Source: an uncultured Phycisphaerales bacterium
GTDB lineage: Bacteria; Planctomycetota; Phycisphaerae; Sedimentisphaerales; Anaerobacaceae
NCBI GenBank assembly: GCA_963772725.1
Contig: CAVYYI010000001.1
Coordinates: forward strand, 640,001 to 704,000
Length of the DNA stretch: 64,000 nt
Reading direction: 5' to 3'
A model generated the notes under the pieces. The model was not told the origin of the DNA, ran no database searches, and saw only the letters and a list, made by a program, of their open reading frames with translations. Below, piece by piece: positions 57,006 to 64,000 of this stretch. Position 1 is the stretch's first letter, and each line of letters starts with the position of its first letter. Both the position numbers and the translations under genes were made by a program.

Positions 57006-57062
57006 CTCTGTGTGCTCTGTGACCTCTGTGGCTAAAAAAAAGTTGGTTGTTCTCTGTGGCAA
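57006..57062 (-). repeat. Right CACAGAG-type inverted repeat of the FRG cassette
   Basis: CTCTGTGTGCTCTGTGACCTCTGTGGCTAAAAAAAA...TTCTCTGTGGCAA, the imperfect reverse complement of 56111-56165. Confidence 0.85.
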
Positions 57063-57105
57063 AAAAGTTATGCTCTGCGGCTTAAAATAAAAAAAGGAAA
57101 GCTTT

Positions 57106-57957
57106 GTGGCTAAAGGTTGTTTGAAAATTACAACGTGCCAGTTTGCGGTAAGCAAATCGATAAAGCGGAACGCTCGACAAATCAATAATCTTATGCAAAA
57201 AGCTGCGCAAGGCGGGGCGGATGTTGTGCATTTTCCTGAATCAGCTCTTAGTGGTTACGTAGGGACGGATTTTGCGTCGTTTGATGGATTTGACTGGCCT
57301 CTGCTCAGAAAAGAAACAGAAAAGATAATGGCACTTGCTGCCAAACTTAAACTGTGGCTTGTGCTCGGCAGTACCCATCCTTTGACCGAGCCCAATAAAC
57401 CACACAACAGTCTGTATCTGATAAATCCTGATGGCCAGATTGCCGACCGTTATGACAAACGATTCTGTACAAAAGCGGATTTGCGGCGTTTTACGCCGGG
57501 CGACAGGTTTGCGAATTTTACTATTAATGGTGTGAAGTGTTCTCTGCTGATATGTTTCGATTTGCGGTTTCCGGAGATTTACAGAGCGTTGTATAAAGAT
57601 GGCGTCAAATGTGTTTTTCAGTCTTTTTATAATGCTCGTCAGAGCGGTCCGAGTGTTCACAGTTATATTATGCGTCAGACGATGCAGTCGCACGCTGCCA
57701 CCAACAATTTCTGGGTAAGCATGTCGAACGCGAGCGGCTGGTATGCACCGTATCCATCGTGTTTTATTCAGCCGGACGGCAGGATTGTAAAACAGCTTAC
57801 ACCGAATCATGCCGGTGTGATGGTTAATACAGTTGACCTGAGTCTGAAATTTTACGACCCATCAGAGGAATTCAGAGACCTTGCGGTAAAAGGTATTCTT
57901 ACCAATGGCTCGAAAAGGATTAACGACCCGAGGTCGAAAAATATAACAAGTCTTTAG
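57106..57957 (+). CDS. Carbon-nitrogen hydrolase (nitrilase family)
   Basis: FPES, YDK and ICFDLRFPE provide the E-K-C triad. Confidence 0.92.
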   Translation: MAKGCLKITTCQFAVSKSIKRNARQINNLMQKAAQGGADVVHFPESALSGYVGTDFASFDGFDWPLLRKETEKIMALAAKLKLWLVLGSTHPLTEPNKPHNSLYLINPDGQIADRYDKRFCTKADLRRFTPGDRFANFTINGVKCSLLICFDLRFPEIYRALYKDGVKCVFQSFYNARQSGPSVHSYIMRQTMQSHAATNNFWVSMSNASGWYAPYPSCFIQPDGRIVKQLTPNHAGVMVNTVDLSLKFYDPSEEFRDLAVKGILTNGSKRINDPRSKNITSL

Positions 57958-57971
57958 AAGGATTTTTAACG

Positions 57972-59173
57972 ATGGAAAATATTACTATAACTGCACCGAA
58001 AGGTTTTTTAGCTGCGGGGGTTGCCTGCGGTCTGAAGGCGTCAGGTAAATCTGACCTTGGTCTTATTGTGTGTCCAACAGGCGCAAAGGCGGCAGCAGTT
58101 TTTACAACCAATAAGATAGTTTCAGCGGCGGTAACGGTAAGCAAACAGCATATAAAAAGTCCGACCATATCAGCGGTGGTAGTAAATTCAGGCAACGCCA
58201 ATACGTGTACGGGCTGGCCTGGAATAAAAAATGCGATGCGAATGTGTTCGGAAACGGCTGAACATATAGAGACATCATCTTTTGAAGTTCTTGTGGCTTC
58301 GACGGGGATAATCGGGCATCAACTGCCGATACAGAAAGTTATCGCGGGAATAGCTGATGCCTCGGAAAAACTGTCCGCTTCGGTACAGGCAGGTGATAAT
58401 TTTGCTCATGCGATAATGACCACAGATACAAAATGCAAACAGGCTTTCGCGGAGGTTAAAATCAGCGGCGTCAAAGTTACAATAGCGGGAACTGTAAAAG
58501 GGGCAGGAATGATAGGGCCGAATATGGCCACAACGCTTTGCTTTATTACTACTGACGCTGCGATAAGTAAGCCGCTGCTTGCTCAGGGTCTAAAGGCTGC
58601 TATCAGTAATTCACTGAATAAACTTACTGTAGATATTCATCAAAGCACAAATGATACGGCGGTCATTCTCGCCTCGGGGCTTGCGGGCAATCGCCTTATA
58701 AAAAACAGCGGCGCGGATTATAAAAAATTCGCGAAAGCCCTGACCTGTTTGTGCGATGACCTTGCCGTACAAATGGCTCTCGATGCGGAAGGCGCGACAC
58801 GGATGTTCAAGGTTGTTATTAAAGGCGCCGCTACAAAAGCAGACGCCAGAACTGCTTCGAGGGCGGTCGCGGATTATCCGCTGGTCAAATGCGCGATTAA
58901 TGGCGGCGACCCTAACTGGGGCAGGATTATTTGTGCCGTAGGATCGGTTGACGTGAAACTCAATCTTAGCCGGCTTACCTGTAAAATAGGCGATATAACG
59001 GTTTTTAAAAATGGTGCGCCTAAACATTTTGACGCGAAAAAGGCCAGTCGAATTATTACACAGTCTTCGCATACTATAACAGTTGACCTTGTGCGGGAGC
59101 GTACAGCGATTTTTGTTATGGCTGCGACCTGAGCAAAGAATATGTAACAATCAATGCGGATTATCACACATAA
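57972..59173 (+). CDS. argJ: Ornithine acetyltransferase/N-acetylglutamate synthase (indel near 59091)
   Basis: NSGNANTCTG, STGIIG, IMTTDT, GAGMIGPNMAT, STNDT, DPNWGRI; corrected end GCDLSKEYVTINADYHT. Confidence 0.96.
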
Positions 59174-59284
59174 GAAGTACGAAGTCCAAAACATAGAATT
59201 TGACATAACAGTATAATATAGATAATCTATGGGTGCGGTCGTACCGGATGTCTCGTTTTTTTATTGATTTGATAAGGATTTAAT

Positions 59285-59641
59285 TTGACGAAAAAACAAA
59301 ATGCAAATATGGAGAAATTCGCTCTTGATGCCGTGAAAGTGGCGTTGGAGCGGCATTGCACGGATATAATTGTTCTTGACCTGCGTGGGAAATCGCCCGC
59401 TACAGATTATTTTGTTATCGCTACTGGAACCAGCAACAGGCAGATGCGTACCGTCGCTGATGAAATAAACGATATCGCAAAGGAGCAGGGTATTTCCCTT
59501 TTCGGCCTGGCGGGTTATGAGCAGGCAAAATGGATTTTGCTCGATTATGTAGATGTTGTGGTTCACATCTTTGATACGCAGTTTCGGGAATATTACGATT
59601 TGGAACTGCTCTGGGGCGACGCAAAGAGATTAAAAGTTTAA
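59285..59641 (+). CDS. rsfS: Ribosome silencing factor
   Basis: DYFVIATG, WILLDY.DVVVHIF...REYYDLE.LWGDA. Confidence 0.95.
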   Translation: MTKKQNANMEKFALDAVKVALERHCTDIIVLDLRGKSPATDYFVIATGTSNRQMRTVADEINDIAKEQGISLFGLAGYEQAKWILLDYVDVVVHIFDTQFREYYDLELLWGDAKRLKV

Positions 59642-59717
59642 AATTAAAAACTGTGGAATCTTGCCGGAGAAAAAAATATTTAGTCGCTCTGTGGCTGATT
59701 TTTTTTAGGATGATAGG

Positions 59718-61484
59718 ATGAGACCTGTTATAGACATACTCGAAGAGAAAATCAGTGCCGCGATGGCGGCGGTTACGGGGCAGGCGAACTGCGGTGCTGT
59801 TGTAAGACAATCCACCGACCCGCGATTTGGCGATTATCAGGCTAATGGTATTATGCCTTTGGCTAAGCAGCTTAAAACAAATCCGCGTAAACTTGCTGAA
59901 GAAGTCGTGAAAAAAGTAAACCTCGCTGACATCTGTCAGCCTTTAGAAATTGCGGGGCCGGGCTTTATAAATTTAAGATTAAAACCAGACTTCATTGGGC
60001 AGATGCTCCTTGAGATAAACAGCGACCTTGACAGGTTAGGCATAGATAAGGTAAACAATCCCAAAACAATGGTGGTGGATTTTTCCGGCCCGAATATCGC
60101 AAAGCAGATGCATGTCGGGCATTTGCGCAGTACCATTATCGGCGATTGTATCTGCAGGATGCTCAAATTTCAAGGGCATAAGGTTATCCGCCAAAATCAT
60201 ATCGGCGACTGGGGAACGCAGTTTGGGATGCTGATAGCGTATCTTCGCAAAGAGAATCCGGAAGTGCTTGAAAATCCGGATTCGGCCGCGATTGAAGATT
60301 TGGAACAATTTTATAGAAATGCCAAAATGGCGTGCGACAACGATTCACAGTTTGCCGATGAGGCTCGCAAAGAGGTTATCAATCTGCATACGGGCAATGA
60401 AAACACGTTGAAAATATGGCGACATATTGTTGATGAATCGCGAAGGCATTATCAGCCGATTTATGATTGTCTTGGTGTTAATTTACACAAAGATAATGAA
60501 AGGGGGGAAAGTTTTTATAAAGATAAATTGGCGGGTGTGGTTGGAGATTTGAAAAAGCAGGGTTTGGCTGTGGAGTCTGATGGTGCAATATGTGTTTTTC
60601 CGCCCGGCTTCAAAGATAAAGACGACAAACCTTTGCCTTTTATTATTCGTAAGTCCGATGGTGCCTTCCTTTACGCCACCACCGATTTAGCGGCGATTCG
60701 ATATCGGGTCAGTGAATTAAAGTCGGACAGAATAATATATGTTACTGATGCGAGACAGAGACTGCATTTTGAGATGGTCTTTGCCGTAGCGAGAATGGCC
60801 GGCTGGACAAAGCCTGAAACCGAACTTATTCATGTTATGTTCGGCAGTGTGCAGGGCGAAGACGGCAAACCTCTTAAAACTCGGTCAGGTGAAAATGTAA
60901 AACTGAAGGATTTGCTCGATGAGGCTGTCCAGAGGGCAAAGTCGGTAGTGCAGGAGAAAAACGCGGATTTGCCGGAAAGCGAAAAAGAGCAAATCGCCAA
61001 GGCTGTTGGAATCGGTGCTGTAAAATATGCTGATTATTCCAACAACCGCACAAGCGATTACATTTTCAGCTTCGACAAAATGCTGGCGATGGAAGGTAAC
61101 ACCGCTCCATATATGCAATACGCGTACGCTCGAATAAAATCAATCGAGCGTAAATCAGAGACCAAAGGTGTGGATATAAAGGCTGAACTTGCCGATTTGA
61201 AAAATTTGATTCTTACTGAGCCTGCTGAACTGGATTTGGCAAAGCATTTGATTCGCTACGGCCAGATAATTGAGGTCGCTGTTGACGATTACCGTCCGAA
61301 CTATTTGACGAGTTATCTTTATGAATTGGCTCAGAAGTTCAGTGCATTTTATACTAATTGTCCGGTTTTAATTGCCGAACCGACTAAGCGGCCGACAAGG
61401 CTGCTGCTTTGCGATTTAACCGCTGGAACAATCAGGCACGGCTTGCGTGAACTCCTCGGCATTGATGTTGTCGAGCAGATGTGA
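59718..61484 (+). CDS. argS: Arginyl-tRNA synthetase
   Basis: FGDYQAN, PNIAKQMHVGHLRS, GDWGTQFG, KTRSG, GNTAPYMQYA. Confidence 0.98.
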   Translation: MRPVIDILEEKISAAMAAVTGQANCGAVVRQSTDPRFGDYQANGIMPLAKQLKTNPRKLAEEVVKKVNLADICQPLEIAGPGFINLRLKPDFIGQMLLEINSDLDRLGIDKVNNPKTMVVDFSGPNIAKQMHVGHLRSTIIGDCICRMLKFQGHKVIRQNHIGDWGTQFGMLIAYLRKENPEVLENPDSAAIEDLEQFYRNAKMACDNDSQFADEARKEVINLHTGNENTLKIWRHIVDESRRHYQPIYDCLGVNLHKDNERGESFYKDKLAGVVGDLKKQGLAVESDGAICVFPPGFKDKDDKPLPFIIRKSDGAFLYATTDLAAIRYRVSELKSDRIIYVTDARQRLHFEMVFAVARMAGWTKPETELIHVMFGSVQGEDGKPLKTRSGENVKLKDLLDEAVQRAKSVVQEKNADLPESEKEQIAKAVGIGAVKYADYSNNRTSDYIFSFDKMLAMEGNTAPYMQYAYARIKSIERKSETKGVDIKAELADLKNLILTEPAELDLAKHLIRYGQIIEVAVDDYRPNYLTSYLYELAQKFSAFYTNCPVLIAEPTKRPTRLLLCDLTAGTIRHGLRELLGIDVVEQM

Positions 61485-61493
61485 GGTGCGATT

Positions 61494-61904
61494 ATGAAAA
61501 TAGCAGATACAAGTTTTAATATAAACAGTAAAGAGCGTAACCAGATGATTGACATAACCAATTGCGTTCGCTCGGCGGTTGAAGAATCGGGGATAGTCAA
61601 TGGCGATGTGATAGTTTATTGTCCGCACACAACCGCCGCAATTACGATAAATGAAAACGCTGACCCTGATGTTCCGCATGATATACTTTTGACCCTTGAA
61701 GAGCTTGTGCCGCATCATAATTCACAATATCGGCATTGTGAGGGAAACTCGGACGCTCACTGCAAAAGCTCGCTCATCGGATGCAGCAGGCAAATCATTA
61801 TAAAAAACAAATCGCTAAATCTCGGTACATGGCAGGACATTTTTTTCTGTGAGTTTGATGGTCCGAGAAACCGCAAGGTGATTCTTCAGATTCGCGGAGA
61901 GTAA
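61494..61904 (+). CDS. yjbQ: YjbQ/UPF0047 family protein
   Basis: PHTTAAITINENADPDV, EGNSDAH, LGTWQ..F.EFDGPR. Confidence 0.93.
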   Translation: MKIADTSFNINSKERNQMIDITNCVRSAVEESGIVNGDVIVYCPHTTAAITINENADPDVPHDILLTLEELVPHHNSQYRHCEGNSDAHCKSSLIGCSRQIIIKNKSLNLGTWQDIFFCEFDGPRNRKVILQIRGE

Positions 61905-62302
61905 AAATAATCCGCAAAATTATCCCCCGTTATTCCAACAGAAAAACTGTGCGCAAAAATAAGGCGAGGTGGTGGTACCAGCTGGGGGGGAAACTGGTGT
62001 GCCACGCTGCCTCGCCGAGGATTAAAATCTGCTTCAAAAAGCAGCTTAATTTTTATATAATTACTCGCAGGATTCTAACATACTTAAAGTGGCTGTCAAC
62101 TAAAAACTCAAAACCCCACTTTTTTCACATCTTACCCCACGACTTTTACAGTTTAATCTTAAATTTCCATGATTCAACAATCGTAAGTATATCGTTTGTT
62201 ATAAATAAATGCAAGCCAAAAATGGAATATTTTAAAAATTATTTATTATTTTTTTGATGAGTCTGTTTTATTGTAATTGACTCAAACTGACCGACTCTAC
62301 TT

Positions 62303-62394
62303 GTCATACCCACGCAAACAGGTATCCAGTTTACAATTATCCTATGGATTCCGGCTACTTCGACCTCGCTCAGGACAGGTTTCGCGGAAATGAC
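62303..62394. repeat. Degenerate GTCAT...ATGAC palindromic intergenic repeat with an inserted CTTCGAC..GCTCAGGACAGG unit
   Basis: GTCATACCCACGCAAACAGGTATCCA...TGGATTCCGGCT[ACTTCGACCTCGCTCAGGACAGG]TTTCGCGGAAATGAC. Confidence 0.6.
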
Positions 62395-62585
62395 GTTCAG
62401 CGATAACCGTATGTCTAACATTAGGATTAGACAAATTTTTACTAAGAAGCAGTCAGTTTGAGCAATTGAGTTACACTTCTCCCTTAAGAAATAACAATTG
62501 TCCTGTTAATTCTTTTAAGGTTGCTGTACGGCTTGATTATCGTAACATATTATCAGGTAATAAGTTACGATTTGGAACACATGTT

Positions 62586-63026
62586 TTATTTGAAAGACTC
62601 TAAAAAAAGCGAACCATCACTCAGTGCCGCAGTTAAATCGGCATAGTGGTATGGAATTTTGAATTTTTCGCATATATTCTTAAATTTTTTTATGGCGGCT
62701 TCGGTTAATTCACTTTGAAAATCCGCATTGCCTTTGCAGCAAAAAATGCGGCAACCGGCAAAACGATGTTCATAGATGTTGCATTGCCCGTCAATATTAT
62801 AAGGACATGTACCGGCGGTCATCATTTTGATTTTTTCTTTATCCAACTTTGCGGCCAGGTATATTACCTCGAGCGAAGTAATATAAAGACGGTGGCCGAA
62901 AACGTCAAAATTGCAGCACTTCCCGCAGGCGCTACAGGTGCCAGTTAGTTTACCCTGATTGTGAATTTGCAGAGCAATCCAATCATAGATTTCGGCGACC
63001 CTTTCAATGATGTTTCCGCTTTTCAT
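62586..63026 (-). CDS. YkgJ-like cysteine-cluster protein
   Basis: CSACGKCC...CPY...C.IYEHR..GCR.F.C. Confidence 0.85.
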   Translation of the reverse strand: MKSGNIIERVAEIYDWIALQIHNQGKLTGTCSACGKCCNFDVFGHRLYITSLEVIYLAAKLDKEKIKMMTAGTCPYNIDGQCNIYEHRFAGCRIFCCKGNADFQSELTEAAIKKFKNICEKFKIPYHYADLTAALSDGSLFLESFK

Positions 63027-63027
63027 A

Positions 63028-63468
63028 CTACCACCATTTTGGATTATTTTTTATATTTTCTATTTCATCGAAAGTGTAATATTTGCCATTATTTATGCCG
63101 GGACATTTTTTAAAGGCGGTATTCCATGAATCTGTACCGGTTAAGTTACTTGCCCAGAAAGGCCAAGTCCTGCACTGGTTAGGCCTGACAGGATAAATTA
63201 CACATTGTTTCCGCCCCGCGATTTTCTGCAGAAATATACAGTCATTTGTAACGGGCTGTTCGATAATCGTGGTTCTCTGGCCGACTCGTTTGAGGTATCG
63301 GCTGCGAAGCTGTCCAACCGGCATTTTGAGAAAATCAGCGATAAACTGTATTTCGCGATACGTAACCCAGATGTATCCTTCGTTCGGCCCGGAGCAGCAT
63401 TGTCCGCACTGCGCGCATTCAAAATGCAAGCCGCCGACATACCATTTATTTTTAGTCATAGATTTCAT
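63028..63468 (-). CDS. YkgJ family cysteine-cluster protein
   Basis: CAQCGQCC...CIFL...CVIYPVRP.QCRTWPFW...CPG. Confidence 0.9.
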   Translation of the reverse strand: MKSMTKNKWYVGGLHFECAQCGQCCSGPNEGYIWVTYREIQFIADFLKMPVGQLRSRYLKRVGQRTTIIEQPVTNDCIFLQKIAGRKQCVIYPVRPNQCRTWPFWASNLTGTDSWNTAFKKCPGINNGKYYTFDEIENIKNNPKWW

Positions 63469-63654
63469 AGCTTAAAAACTCACTGGCCCTAATTGGCGGG
63501 ATTTAACTTTATGGAGTATAACATATAAATGGAATAAAGTAAATCATTTTGAACAGACCGGGCGGTTATGATAAACTGTTATGGAAATTCCGGAAAATAC
63601 TATTGTTGAGTATGTTGATGGTAATAAAGTAATGCTATAAGCGGTCGGTTTGCG

Positions 63655-64000
63655 TTAAATGTTATAGCAGTTAGCCAGGATTTTGATTGGGTGAGTTGTG
63701 GTTTTATGGCTGATGTGTTCTATTTGCATTTTGCAGACAGCGCATTCAGTCAAAACGTTTTTCACAGGAGATTCTTTTAGGGCGGCGGTTAATTTTTCTG
63801 AAATTTTTTCAGAAAGCGGATAGTTTTTCTTCTGCATTCCAAAAGTTCCAGCAAGGCCGCAGCAGCCCGCGTTGAGGTCGATGATTTTTACGTTGCAAAG
63901 TTTGCTTAGAAGTTCAGTTGTTGCCGCTTTGCCGTTGCTTATCGCGAGTAAATGGCACGGATTGTGATAAAGGAAATCGCCGGTTACGGGTTTGGCCGGG
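63655..64000 (-). CDS. C-terminal CCG domain of an Fe-S oxidoreductase (GlpC-like); 5' end outside window
   Basis: Reverse strand reads YHNPCHL...AGCCGLAGTFGM...TECAVCKMQI...HPIKIL. Confidence 0.88.
   Translation of the reverse strand, partial: PAKPVTGDFLYHNPCHLLAISNGKAATTELLSKLCNVKIIDLNAGCCGLAGTFGMQKKNYPLSEKISEKLTAALKESPVKNVLTECAVCKMQIEHISHKTTTHPIKILANCYNI

Noticed and set aside
45141..57062. CACAGAG repeats as a CRISPR array
   Set aside because: Units are 7-9 nt without unique 30-40 nt spacers, and no cas genes are present.
40970..59173. Frameshifts in polA, lgt, nrdJ, argC and argJ as pseudogenes or programmed frameshifts
   Set aside because: Single-base indels hit many core genes whose motifs are otherwise intact, often in short homopolymers. 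This points to long-read consensus error. The same caution applies to indels in the recombinase, E2, istA, adhesin and Rhs genes.

Overview
The window has three parts. (1) 1-10.6 kb is an accessory region: the end of an IS110, a PEP-CTERM gene and a phage-satellite-like module (AAA helicase, small-terminase-like gene, protease-like fragment). (2) 10750-40590 is a ~29.8 kb element integrated in the 3' end of tRNA-Ser(TGA) by a large serine recombinase. It carries a CBASS pair (CD-NTase plus a Cap15-like effector with a nonsense codon), two TraD/TrwB-like ATPases, a ubiquitin-like protein plus E2-like operon cut by an IS21, a large secreted beta-helix/LamG protein, an Rhs toxin with orphan cassettes, and a NACHT-like NTPase with a C-terminal nuclease-like domain. 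(3) 40.9-64 kb is housekeeping backbone (polA, dapL, folK-dNK, panC, panD, lgt, nrdJ, rplM, rpsI, argC, argJ, rsfS, argS, yjbQ). The most striking signal is that attP lies inside the recombinase gene. Rejoining attL and attR fuses the recombinase in frame to a start-less Cro/C1-type HTH domain at the far end of the element, so the integrated and excised states would encode different proteins. Many genes, including core ones, carry single-base indels, most likely long-read assembly errors. Gene style suggests a Planctomycetota (Phycisphaerae-like) host, which is only an impression. All calls rest on motif recognition; no database searches were run.
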